64,000 bases of DNA from the human T2T-CHM13v2.0 reference genome, Homo sapiens. Where the stretch lies: NCBI RefSeq assembly GCF_009914755.1, contig NC_060931.1; one strand, written 5' to 3'. The stretch's first letter is position 1. Every line of letters starts with the position of its first letter. Shown here one piece after another: positions 1-12,492 of the stretch. The notes beneath the pieces are model-generated. The model worked only from the letters and a program-made list of their open reading frames with translations, had not been told where the DNA came from and did not search any database. Made by a program: the position numbers and the translations under genes.

Positions 1-67
1 TGTGCATTTTTAATCCCTATAGTATAGTATTTATAACTAAACGTTAATTCAAAACTACTTTACTTAC

Positions 68-156
68 TTTGCCTGACTGCAATCGCTGTATTCTTGAGTC
101 ACATACCTTCTTTACGAATAGTAAGCTATTTATTTGATTTTTGATAGTGTTGATAT
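68..156 (-). CDS. SNX13: SNX13 coding exon 11 (89 nt), INTIKNQINSLLFVKKVCDSRIQRLQSGK
   Basis: Acceptor ttctttgcttttag|AT, donor AAA|gtaagt. Confidence 0.96.
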
Positions 157-545
157 CTAAAAGCAAAGAAATCATGAACTAGAAAGTGGTAGTGTTATTT
201 ATGAAATACTTTAAACATGCACTTACTGTAATTTAACAAAATAACCAATAATACAGCAACTGTTTTAGTCAATAAAAGAAACCATCTGAAATCATACAGT
301 GAAATTATTTAATTAAAAGTAAACCATGCCAATTACCTCCACTTTAGGGATAATTACAATAATCACATTCTCACATTCTGAAAATAATGCTTTTACTTTA
401 ACTAAGCACATGTTAACCTAATAAGGAAGATTTAATTAAGGTGAAAACATTAATATCAGAAAATGACATTTAGGTAAATTAATCAAAGTTTTGAAGATAA
501 AATAATACTTCAAAAAATATATCTTAAATTAAATACATTACTTAC

Positions 546-684
546 CATCACCAGCTGTATCTAGAGATCTAAGATACTGTAATTCTTCTGCTGCCTTATC
601 TCTGACTGCTTCTAGCTCTCCAATATTGTCACTCAATTTAATAATGTTCATAAAGGCCTCATAGTTGCAGTTAGAATCACGGAT
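546..684 (-). CDS. SNX13: SNX13 coding exon 10 (139 nt), IRDSNCNYEAFMNIIKLSDNIGELEAVRDKAAEELQYLRSLDTAGD(D)
   Basis: Acceptor cttgttttcag|ATC, donor ATG|gtaagg. Confidence 0.96.
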
Positions 685-959
685 CTGAAAACAAGTTTAA
701 GAAAAACAGGTGGGAGAGGAACTCACTTATGAAAAGGAAAACTGAATCTTGAGTGCCTACTATGTGCTAGGACAATTTGCTACATACTCAGTGCTTACAA
801 CAAAAAGAAAAAAGTTCTATATTTGGGCACCTATTTTCCAATGGATCTTAGACTGCAAATAAAATAAAGTATTATACAGCATGTTTGAAACTGTAGGAAT
901 AGGAACATGCTCACAGTATTTGATGATAGCAACGAAGCCATGATGACTGGAACTAAACC

Positions 960-3050
960 AAAGACAAACTGAGCAAAAGATATGGTCAGCAGCAATGGAG
1001 GGCAAATCTTCTGTTATAGTACAAAGGTTTTAGCTTTCACTCTGAAGCAAGTCAGAAGTTATATTGGAAGGTTTAAACAGAAGAGTAACACTCTCTAACC
1101 TAAAATATAACACAACCACTGTGTTGTTGTATAAAAATAGAATAAAGGCAGAGCCAAAATCAGAAAAAAGGACCAGTTAATAAGACAAGTGAAATATAAT
1201 ATAGTCAGGGAGCAGGGTGGTGACAATGGTGGTGTGGTACAAAGTGTTTTATAGAATGTTTTCTGGTAAGACGGGTTTTGTAAAGACAATGCCAAAAGAA
1301 TTTGCTGATACATCAGACATGGCCGTGAAATAAAGAGAACATAGAACTACACTAACATCGTTGGCCTGACAACTGGAATAGTGGAGTTACCACTAAACAA
1401 GATGGAGAAAAAAATTAAGAGATGCAGCATTTGCCGGGCGGGGGGGGCGGGGAGTCGGGGAGGCAAAATATTATGAGGGTGTTTTTGGCAAAATTAAGTG
1501 TGAGATCCCATTAAATATAAAAATGGCCATTAGTATGCTTTTGAATATGATGGACAAGAGTTCAGAAAGGAAGACTACACAGAAATACGCATTTTAAAGT
1601 CACTGACATGGAGATGACACTTAAAACCATGAACATGGATGGGAATAATCAAGAGAATGAGGGTAGAGTGAAAAAAGAAGAGATCTAAGGACAGATACTC
1701 AGAAGATTTACTTACACAGCAAAAAGACTGAGAAAGGCCAAAAACGTAGGAAAAAAAATCAACAAACTTTGGTGTTCTAACAAGCCAAGTAAAGAAGTGT
1801 TTTAAAAAAGAAAATGACGGCCAGGTGCAGTGCTTGTAATCGCAGCACTTTGGTAGGCCAAGGCGGGCGGATCACCTGAAGTCAGGAGTTCGAGACCAGC
1901 CTGGCCAACATGGTGAAACCCCGTCTCTACTAAAAATAGAAAAATTAGCTGGGCATGGTGGCAGGTGCCTGTAATCCCAGCTACTAGGAAGGTAAGGCGA
2001 GATAATCGCTTGAGCCCAGGAGGCGGAGGTTGAAGTGAGCTGAGATCGTGCCACTGTACTCCAGGTTGGGCGCCAGAGTGAGATTCCGTCTCAAAAAGAA
2101 AAGAAAAGAAAAAAAGAGAGGGGAGGGGAGAAGAGAGGAAAAGAGGATAAACTGTGTCAAGCATTTCATATAGATGTAAAACAAAAATAAGGAATCTAAG
2201 AATTGACCATAACAATGGGGATTATTCTCTTTGACTTGTAAAAGTTTATTGGAGGAGTTCAAGAAAGAAAGAGCAGAGAGAAAATGTAGACAGCCAACAG
2301 TCAACCCTCTTATAAAGTTTTGCTGTAAAAAAAATAAGCAGGAGTAAAGAGTACTGCCTAAAATGGAATGTAAGATCAATGACTTCTTTCATCTTCTTTT
2401 TAAGATGAGAGAGATAATGACAAAGGTGTATGATAATAAGAATGATCATATAAAGAGTGAAAATGTGATGGTACAGAAAGAAAGTGTAAAATTGCCAAAG
2501 CAATAAAATGAAATTGTCTAGAAGGAGTTGGTTACAATGCTCACATAAAGGACTTGCTTTAGCTAGATACATGGATATTTCATCCACAGTAACAGAAGAA
2601 AATATAAAATATACATGCATAGATACAGGTTATGAATGTACGTGGTAACAGGATATTATGAAACATCTCTTTCAATTTCCTCAATTTTTCAGTGGAGAAC
2701 TATGGTCATGAGCTAAGAGAAAAGATGTGAAAAAATATATTAAATGAAAGTGAAGGAAGTATAAAAGAGTTGGTCAGAAGAGTGGGCCAGGTAACATAAC
2801 AGGAAAAATTTAATGATTGCAAGGCAAGAATAAGGGCACAAATGAGATGAGTGCTCATGAATTTAAAATGAGACCAGTGTAGGTTTCTTTTTTTTCATCA
2901 ACCACATTCACCTGCTTAAAAATAGGAATGTAGAAGCAGTTATGTTGGATTTAACCAGTGTTGTGGTGTCAATAAGCAAATAAAGTTAAAGAGGTAAAGA
3001 AGTACAGGATGTTGTAGAGGGATTAATAACTATGACTGTAAATAAAATTT
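960..3050 (-). mobile_element. Degraded LINE-2 remnant, interrupted by an Alu
   Basis: Purine-rich L2-like motifs (e.g. ttggaaggtttaaacagaagagtaac, ggcctgacaactggaatagtggagttacc); boundaries approximate. Confidence 0.6.
1819..2115 (+). mobile_element. AluS (Sx-like) SINE
   Basis: Dimeric Alu consensus with A-rich linker and tail. Confidence 0.93.
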
Positions 3051-3189
3051 AAACTAAGCAAAGCAGGAAGAGTGGGCTATGAAAAGGTAATAGACTTCGG
3101 ATGTTATCTATTTTAAACAAAAAGCCAAATAACTGAATACTGTAAAAGTACAAGACTATGTAAAAAGATGCATTACATAGAGGGGATCA

Positions 3190-4131
3190 ATTATACAGTG
3201 GAAGTTGACTTCTAATTAGAAACAACAGAGGCAAAAGGAAAATAAAACAATTATTAAAGTACTAAAAGAAAAAAATACAGCAATTCTACATCAATGAAAT
3301 ATCCTTCAAACTTGGCAGTAAATGAAAATATTTTCAGAGAATAAAAAGCTCAGATAATTTGTCACAAGAAAATTGGCAATAGGCCAGGCACAGTGGCTCA
3401 CGCCTGTAATCCCAACACTTTGGGAGGCTGAGGCGGGTGGATCACAAGATCAGGAGTTCAGGACCAGCCTGGCCAAAATGGTGAAACCCCGTCTCTACTA
3501 AAAATACAAAAATTAGCCAGGCATGCTGGCGGGCACCTGTAATCCCAGCTACTTGGGAGGCTGAGGCAGAGAATTGCTTGAACCCGGGAGGCGGAGGTTA
3601 CAGTGAGCCAAAATCGTGCCACTGCACTCCAGCCTGCGCGACAGAGCGAGAATCCATCTCCAAAAAAAATAAGAAAAGAAAAAAAAAGAAAAAAGAAAAG
3701 AAAATTGGCAATACACAGAATCCTAAAGAAAGTTCTTCAAAATAAAGAAAAATGACAACAAAACTGATATTTGTACCTACAAAAAAGAATGAAGGGTACT
3801 GAAAACACTAAGTAAATGTATGAGTGTAAAAGATTTTTTTTCTGTTCTTTATTTAAGAAAGGGTGTTTAATGCAACAATTTGCATAGCACTGTGGAGTAA
3901 ATTATGCATGCAGATGTAAAATATATAATGAAAAAGAACAAAGGATGGGGGCTAATTAAAATTATGCTACAGCAAGGTTCTTCATATTTCATATGAGGTG
4001 ATAAAGTACTGCCCTCTAGGCATATGATGACAACTTAAAGAGGACACTAATTCCTAGAGCAACCACTAAAATAATAATGGTTATAGGAACAAGGAATAGC
4101 TAGAAAGTCATTAAAACAATAAAACAGAATA
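3190..4131 (+). mobile_element. Old L1M (ORF1 end / inter-ORF) remnant, interrupted by an Alu
   Basis: gacttctaattagaaacaacagaggcaaaagg...aaatatccttcaaa resembles the L1M ORF1 3' region. Confidence 0.65.
3382..3697 (+). mobile_element. AluS (Sg-like) with 16-bp target-site duplication
   Basis: Full Alu; TSD aagaaaattggcaata at 3366-3381 and 3698-3713. Confidence 0.95.
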
Positions 4132-5850
4132 CAGGAATACCTTGTTTCAATTCCACTGTGCTTGACTATGACACATCACACTGTGTTTTTTTTAACAAAC
4201 TGAAGTTTTCTAGCAACGCTGTGTCCAGAAACTCTTACCAGCATATTTTTTCCAACAACATGTGCCCATGTCATGTGCATAGTCACATTTTAATAATTTT
4301 CAGAATATTTCAGACTTTTTCATTATTACTATATCTACTATGGTGATCAGTGATCTTTGATATTATTGTTTTGGTGCACTACAAAACAATCCTCATTTAA
4401 GATGACAAAATTAATTGATAAATTGTTTTGTATATTCTGACAGCTCCACAACTGACCATTCCTCCGTCTCTCTCCCTCTAGTAGGGCCTCTCTATTAACT
4501 CACACATAACAACATTGAAGTTAGAACAGTTAGTAACCCTACAATGAACTCTTAAGCGTTCAAGCAAAAGGAAGAGCCACATATCTTTCATTTTCAATCA
4601 AAAGCTAAAAATGACTAAGCTTAGCCAGGAAAATGTATCAAAAGCCAAGACAGACTTAAAGCTTGGTCTCTTGCACTAAACAATTATCCAATATGAGAAT
4701 GCAAAAAATAAAAAAAAAGGTTCTTCAGGGAAATTAAAAGTGCTGCTCCAGAACAGATGAATGATAAATGTGAAGAACACTTATGGTGATATGGAGAAAG
4801 TATTAGTGGTAAAGGACAGAAAATCACACCAGACACAACATTCCCTTTGTCCAAAGCCTATTCCAGAGCAAGGCCCGGACTAGCTTCAATTCTATAAAGG
4901 CTGATAGAGGTAAGGAAACTGCAGAAGAAGAGTTTGAAGCTAGCAGACATTGGAGGTTTGAGGAAAGAAGCTGTCTCCATAACACAGAAGTACAAGGTGA
5001 AGCAGCAAGTCCTGATGTAGAAGCTATACGGCAAGTCATCCAGATTTAGTCTAGATCACTGATAATGATGGCTACACTAAACAGATTTTTCACTGTAGAC
5101 AAAACAGCCTTATATGGAGAAAAGATGCCATCTACTACTTTCACAATTAGACAGTAAAAGCCAGTGTCTGGCTACAAAGCCTCAAAAGACAGAATGAGTA
5201 TCTTGTTAGAGGCTAGTAGTGACTCTAAGTTGAAGCCAATGCTCATTTACCATTCCAAAAATTCTAGGGCCCTTAGGAATTATGCTAAATCTACTCTACC
5301 TGTGCTCCAGAAATGGAACAAGAAAGCCTGAATAATAGCATGTCTGTTTACAACACGGTTTACTAAATATTTTAAGCACACTGTTGAGATGTACCACTTA
5401 CAAAGAGATTCCTTTCAAAATATTATTGCTCACTGACAACACACCTGGTCGCCCCAGAGCTCTGATGAAGGATATCAATGTTGTTTTCATGCCTACTAAA
5501 ACAATATCCATTGTGCAGCCCAAGAATCAAGGAGTAATTTCACCTCTCAAGTCTTACTATTTAGGAAATGCATTTTTTGTAAGGCTATGGATATTTGCTC
5601 TAGATAGTGATTCCTCTGATGGATCTGAACAAAGTAAACTGATAACCTTCTAGAAATGACTCATTATTCTACATGCCATTATGAATATTCATGATTCATG
5701 GGATGAGGTCAAATATCAACATTCACAGAAGATTGGCAGTTGATTCCAATCTTCATAGATGACTTTAAGGGGTTCAAGACTTCAGTGAAGGAAGTCACCA
5801 CAGATGTGGTAGAAATGGCAAGAGAAGTAGAATTAGAAGTGGACCCTGAA
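4132..5850 (+). mobile_element. Tigger1 (TcMar-Tigger) DNA transposon, 3'-truncated, with decayed transposase
   Basis: Starts after TA with the Tigger1-like left end caggaataccttgttt; ORF 5384..5653 contains IPFKILLLTDNTPG and VVFMPTKTISIVQP transposase-like motifs; right end absent. Confidence 0.9.
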
Positions 5851-6231
5851 CAATATCAACAATGTAAACTGAAAATAAAAGTCAAAATGTGGGAGGATTA
5901 AAGTTTAAAGTTCTTTACAATTTTCTTTGTTTCTTTCTTTGCAATCAAAGTTAATTTGTCATCAGTTCAAAATAACTTGTTATAAATTTAAGGTATCTTT
6001 TGTAAGCCTCATGGTAATGACAATCCAAAAACCTGTAATAGTTAAACTAAAAAGCAAGAAATTAAAACATACTACCAGAGAAAAATCACTTAACCACAAA
6101 AGAAGACAGTAAGAAGGAACCAAGAAGTTACAAAACAACTAGAAAATAGTTACCTCCTTACCTATTAGTAGTAACACTAAATGTAAGTGGACTAAATTCT
6201 CCAATTAAAAGACATAGAGCAGCTGAATGTA

Positions 6232-6562
6232 GGCCAGGTATATGGCTCACACTTGTAATCCCAGCACTTTGGGAGGTTGAGGTGGGAGGGGTACTTGAGC
6301 CAGAAGTTTAAGACCAGCTGGGCAACATAGTAAGACCCTGTCTCTACAAAACAATAAAAAAATTAGCCGGGTATGGTGGCATATCCCTGTAGTCCCAGCT
6401 ACATGTGAAACTGAGTTGGGAGGATCACATGAGCCTGGTTGAGGTTGCAATGAGCTGTGATCATGCCACCACACTCCAGCCTAGCTGACAGAGTGAGACT
6501 CTCTTAAAAAAAAAAAAAAAAAAGAAAGAAAGAAAGAAAAGAAAAAGAAAAAGAAAAAGAAA
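6232..6562 (+). mobile_element. AluJ-like SINE with (A)n/(GAAA)n tail, no visible TSD
   Basis: Diverged Alu dimer with J-type features (aggatcacatgagcc). Confidence 0.9.
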
Positions 6563-7222
6563 ATTCACCTCAAGGAACTAGAAAAGCAATAACAAACCAA
6601 ACCCCAAATTAAGATTTATAACAAAAATAAATGAAATTGAGACTAAGAAAACAATACAAAAGATTGAGTTGAAAAGTGATCTTTTAAAGGGAGAAACAAA
6701 AGCAATAAATGTTTACGCTAGACTAAGAAAAAAAGAGGCACCAAAAAAAATACAATCAGAGATGAAAATGGATATACTACAACTGATACAACTGAAATAT
6801 AAAGAATCATCAGAGACCATTATAAATAATTATGCTCCAACAAACTGGAAAACCTAGAAGAACTGAATAAATTCCTCACACATAAAATTACCAGCAATAA
6901 ACCATAAAGAAATAGAAAATCTGAACAGTCCAGTAACGAGTAATAAGACTGAGGCAGTAGTAAAAGTATCCCATCCAAGAAAAGCCCAAGACCTGATGGC
7001 TTCAGTGCTGCTAAATTCTACCAAATATTTTTAAAGGAACTAATATTGATTCTATTCAATGTTTCCAAAAATTAAAGAGGAAGGAATACTTTGAAACTCA
7101 ATCTACAAGCCCAGCATTACTCTAACACCAACACCAGACAAGGACACAACAAAAAAAGAAAACTACAAGCTCATCCCTGATGAACACAGATGTCAAGATC
7201 CTCAACAAAATACTAGTAAACT

Positions 7223-7500
7223 GGCCAGGTGCGGTGGCTCACACCTATAATCCCAGCACTTTGGGAGGCCGAGGTGGCGGATCACCAGAGGTCAGGAGTT
7301 CAAGACCAGCCTGGCCAACATGGTGAAACCTCATCTCTATTAAATATACAGAAATTAGCAGGGCATGCTGGCGGGCATCTGTAATCCCAGTTACTCGGGA
7401 GTCTGAGGCAGGGAGAATTGCTTGAACCTGGGAGGTGGAGGTTACAGTGAGCTGAGACAGCGCCACTGAACTACAGAGCAAGACTCCATCTCAAAAAAAA
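7223..7500 (+). mobile_element. AluS SINE with near-perfect 16-bp TSD
   Basis: TSD aaaatactagtaaact / aaaatactaataaact. Confidence 0.93.
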
Positions 7501-9235
7501 AATACTAATAAACTTAATTCAACAACACATTAAAAAGATTATTCACCATGATTAAGTGGGTGGGATTCATCACAGAAATGCAAGAATGGTTCAAGATATG
7601 AAAATCGATAAGCATAATACATGATGTTAACAGAATGAAGCACAAAAAACATTATCATTTCAATAGATGTTGAAAAGGCATTCAATAAAATTCAACATGC
7701 CTTCAAAATAAAATCTCTCAAAATATTAGGTATAGAAGGAAAATACCTCAACACAATTAAACACCATATATGACAAACTCACAGTTAACATCATATTGAG
7801 TGGAGAAAAGCTAAAAGCTTTTCCTTTAAGAACCAGGAGAAAAAGGATGCCTACTCCTACAAATTTTATTCAGCCTAGTACTAGAAGTCCTACCCAGAGT
7901 AATTAGGCAAGAGAGAAATAAAGAGTATCCTAATTGGAAAGGAAAAAGTCAATTTGTCCTTGTTTGCAGACCACATGAACACCATTTAGAAAAACCTAAA
8001 GATTCCAAAAAATGTTGCAGAATACAAAATCAACATATAATACTGAGTATCATTTCCATTTGTCATTAGTAAACAATCTGAAAAATAAATCAAGAAACAA
8101 ATCACATTTATAACAGCATCAAAAATATAAAATATTTATAAAAATTTATTTTAAAAATGTGAAAGATACATAAACACTAAAAATTACAAAACAATGCTGA
8201 GAGAAACTACAGAGGCTTCAATAAATGGAGAGATGCCATGTTCCTAGATAAGAAGACAAAATGTTAAACTATCCATTCTTCCTAAATTCATCTATAGATT
8301 CAATGTAATCACAGTTAAAATTCTAATAGGTTTTTAATAAAAACTAAACGTTTGATAAATTTTATGTGAAAAATAGTCAAAACAATCCTAGAGAAAAAGA
8401 ACAAGTGTAAGAGACTCATACTGTCCCATTTCAATATTACGATAAAGCTAAAGTAATCAGAAAGTATGATATTTGCATATGGGTACACAAAGAGAGCAAC
8501 AGAAAAGAAGAGGCCAGAATCAGAACCAAACATATTAGAGCAAACTGATATTTTAGTAAGGTGCCAAGGAAATTACTTTCATGAAAAAGTCTTTTCAACA
8601 AATGGTGCTAGAATATCTAGATGTCTGTATTTTAAAAATCAATCTAAACTGTCATATTCCACACACATAAAAATGTGAGATAAATCATAGAACAAAATAT
8701 AAAAGTAAAAATTATAAAACTTAGCATAGGCAAATAACTTGGTAATCTTCAAACAAACAAGGATTTCCTAGAGAAGACCAAAAAAATACTAGCTGTGGAA
8801 CCCAAATTGGGAAATTACGTTTCATCAAAACTTTAAAATTGTCATCAAAAGACATCACTGAACGAGAAAAAATACCAAGTCATAACCTAGGGAATAATAT
8901 CTGCAATACATATATCTGATAAAGAACTTCTATGTAGAATATACGAAGCATTCTTACATTATCAATTTAAAAAAGATAAACGGGGAGAAAATGAGCACTT
9001 GAAAAAAGATACAAAACAGGCCAATAATCACAGGAAAAGACGCTCGGTATCATTAGTAATAAAGAAACTGCAAGTAACTACAACAAAATACCAATTCACA
9101 CATACTAGAGAAGTTAAAATTTAAGATTGACAATGCTAAATGTTAATCAGAATGTGGAAAGACCAGAACTGTAAAATACTGCTACTGGAAAGGCAAAATT
9201 ATAATACAACTCTGAAAGACAATTTGTTCATTTCA

Positions 9236-10745
9236 TTCTTTTTTCTACTGTGGTCAAAAACAGAAAACATAAAATTTATCACCTTAAACAATTTAAGTTA
9301 ACAGTGGTATAAACTATTAGAACATTGTTTTTAAAGAGTTCTCTGATCTTTTATGTTGAAAACTGAAACTCTAGATCCACTGAACAACAAATCCTGTTGG
9401 TTCTCTCCTCCCAGATCCCAGCAACCAACATTTTACTAAGAGTTTGACTACTCAAAGAGGGATCATGCAGTATTTGTCTTTCTGTGATAAGCTTATTTCA
9501 CTTAACACAGTATTCTCAAGGTTCATCATGTTGTAGGATATACAGGATTTCCTTTTTTTTGGTTAAGGCTGAATAATATTTTACTGTATGTATATACCAC
9601 ATTCTCTTTATGCATTCATCTGTTGATAGACACTTAAGGTTATTTCCACCTCTTGGCTACTGTGAATACTGCAATCATGATTACACAAATTTCCCTTTAA
9701 GATCCTGTTTTCAATTCTTTTGGATAGAGACCTAGACGTGGGATTGTTAGATCATACGGTAACAATTTTGAGAAGAACCTCCAAACTGTTTTCCAAAGTG
9801 TCTGCACCATTTTACATTCCATCGATAGTGCACAAGAGTTTAAATTTTTCCACATCCTCGCCAATACCTGATATTTTGTTTTTTTTTCTTTTAATAGTGA
9901 CCAAATGGTTGTAAGATAATTCATTTACTATTATGGTTGTGATTTGCATTTCCATAATGATTAGGGATGTTGCACATCTTTTCATATTACTGTTGGCCAT
10001 CTGTATAACTTCTGTGGAGATACACTATTTTGCACATTTTTAAATACTTTTCTTTTTCCTGTTGTTGAGTAGTATGAGTTCTTTATATATGATGGATGTT
10101 AATTCCTAATCGGATATATGGCTTGCAAATATTTTCTCCCATTGTATAGGGTACCTTTTCACTCTGGTGATTGTTCCTTTGCTGGGCAGTTTTTTAGTCT
10201 GATACACTCCCACTCTCTATTGCTGTTATTTTTGTCTGAGTTTTTGGTATCATATCAAATAAATCATAATCAAATCTAAGAAGCTCTTCCCTTACATATT
10301 CTTCTAGGAGTTTTGTCATTTCAGATCTTTAATCCATTTTGAGTTAATTTTTACATGCAGGGCAAGGTTAAGGGTCCAACTTCATCCTTTTGCATGTGGC
10401 TATCCTGTTTTCCCAATACCATTTGCTGAAGAGATTATTCTTTCCCATTTTGTAGCCTTGATACAAATCTATGCAGATCATTTGAGTATGCACATGAGAA
10501 CTTACTTCTCAGTTCTCTATTCTGTTCCACTAAGTCTACATTTCTATCTTTATGCCAGCACCATACAGTTAATTACTGTAGCTTTGTAATAGGTTTTGAA
10601 ATCAGGAAGGGTGAGGTGCAAAGAAATATCATTGGGATTTTGGTAAGAATTGCACTGAATCGGTAAATTGCTCTGGGCAGTATGGCTGTCTTTACAATAT
10701 TAGGTCACTTCATGAACATAGTATGTGTTTCCATTTATTTGTGTC
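9236..10745 (-). mobile_element. L1MA/L1MB-type 3' portion
   Basis: Reverse-strand L1 3' end motifs (atcatgcagtatttgtctttctgtg, tttgcatttccataatgattagggatgttg). Confidence 0.85.
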
Positions 10746-10746
10746 T

Positions 10747-10906
10747 TTTTTTTGTGATGGGGTCTTGCTCTGTTGCCTAGGCTGGAGTACAATGGCACAA
10801 TCACAGCTCACTGCAGCTTTGATCTCCTGGGCTCACATGATCTTCCCACTTCAGCCTCTGGAGTAGCTAGGACCACAAGTATGCACCACCATGCACAGAT
10901 ATTTTT
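10747..10906 (-). mobile_element. AluJ right-arm fragment
   Basis: T tract followed by gggtcttgctctgttgcctaggctggagt. Confidence 0.85.
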
Positions 10907-10949
10907 ATTCCTGATATTTTGTTGCACAGTACAATAGGGACTGCATTCT

Positions 10950-11060
10950 TGTTCAGCAGGAGAGCACCCCTTTCACCCCGCCCCTGCCAGAAATGTCAGG
11001 CAGCCATCAGGTGATGGGTTTGGCAGTTATCACACATACAGTTATCACACATACAGTTAT

Positions 11061-11102
<42 letters not shown>

Positions 11103-11752
11103 GTGATAACTGCAAAAATAATTCGCAGCCCACACCAGGAAGAGGCAATTTCCTGATGGTCCACAGCTGTCACACTAACGTAATCATTGGTCACAGGCAC
11201 CAGAAAGTGGCAATTTCCCAAACAGATAAAAACACTTGAAATTGGTAACTAGCTTCCAATAAAATCTCAGGAAATAGTCAAGTGAGCTCGAGGATGTGCA
11301 TTGAGAGACAAAATGACAGAGTATGACCTTCTGGTGGAATGCCCCCAGAAAAGTGAAGAAAGTCTCAGATGGACATGTGTACAACTTCCTAAACACACTG
11401 TGTGTGCTCACTTCCCAAGTGTAAGGAGGGCACCGTGCATGTGGGCAGCCCACCCAAAGGGAAGAATCATGAGAAAAGGGATGCAAGATGCCAGAAGTGG
11501 ACCAGTACATAAAATCGTAGGATCAAGGTTAAACAAGGCACTTGACCTCCGAAGTGCCCACTTGGGTCTCTTCCAGTGTACTTTCCTTTCTTTCCTGCTA
11601 TAAAGCTTTTTAACAAACTTCCACTCCTGCTCTGAAACTTACCTCAGTCTCTTTTTATGCCTCACATCTCTCAGTCAAATTCTTTCTTGAGGAGGCAAGA
11701 AGTGAGGTTTCTGCAGAACCATCAGTAATTCAGCTATTTGCTGCCCCCAACA
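10950..11752 (+). mobile_element. ERV1 solo LTR, MER50-like
   Basis: Matches recalled MER50 motifs (cagcccacccaaagggaagaatca, gaggaggcaagaagtgaggtttctgcaga) and ends ...aaca. Confidence 0.8.
11024..11100. repeat. 15-bp tandem repeat (cagttatcacacata x~2.5) followed by a (CA)n microsatellite
   Basis: Read directly. Confidence 0.95.
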
Positions 11753-12492
11753 GTTTGAAATATTTTTAGAATATAGGCTAAGCCCACTCCAAAATGTTTT
11801 TACTATATACGTAATTACAGTTAATGCAGTTAATACATGCTCAGAAACAGAAAACTGAACACTAAAAAATATCTGTATAGAGACAGAGGGGAATAAAAAT
11901 AATTCCCAATCCCATGAGTGAGAGATAACCATAACATTCTGTTCAACTTGCTTCCATTTTTGGACCAGAGTTAATAATTATATCCTGATTATTTAAGTTT
12001 AGTATACAATATCCATTTTCTGTACTACTAAACAAATTTTATTATTATTTACCCTGCCTGAATTTTAACTTAAATGTTTATAAATTTTGCATGTAAGTTT
12101 CTACCGCTTAAAAACATACTATTTTATTACATAATCCATACTCATTGCAAGTGAAATGAAATACATAAAAAAGAAAAATTACTACCTTTCTATTAACATT
12201 TCAGTGTATATCCTATGAGAATTACAGTCATTAATAAGTATATTTTTCTAAAGAATGGGATATTTATCTAACATATATGCTAATTTTAGTTATCTTTTTC
12301 ATGCAAAAGATATGAACAATTTTTCAAGTTCATAAAGATATACTATCATCACTTTAAATGGTTACATAGTATTCAATTGTATCAATGTGTTATTATATAT
12401 TAACTAATCCCCTATTTGGGACATTTAAGTTGCTTTCCATTTTTTGCTACTATAACCAATGCTGCTATGAACGGTCTTAAATATACATTATT

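Larger units (their letters stand above)
5851..9235 (+). mobile_element. L1M remnant(s): inter-ORF and ORF2 sequence, interrupted by two Alus; more diverged after ~8100
   Basis: Clear L1 ORF2 motifs (aaagcccaagacctgatggcttcagtgctg, aaggcattcaataaaattcaacat, tgtttgcagaccacatga). Confidence 0.85.

Noticed and set aside
5384-5653. Transposase-like ORF as a possible domesticated gene
   Set aside because: Short fragment of a Tigger1 copy with stops and frameshifts on both sides and no right end.
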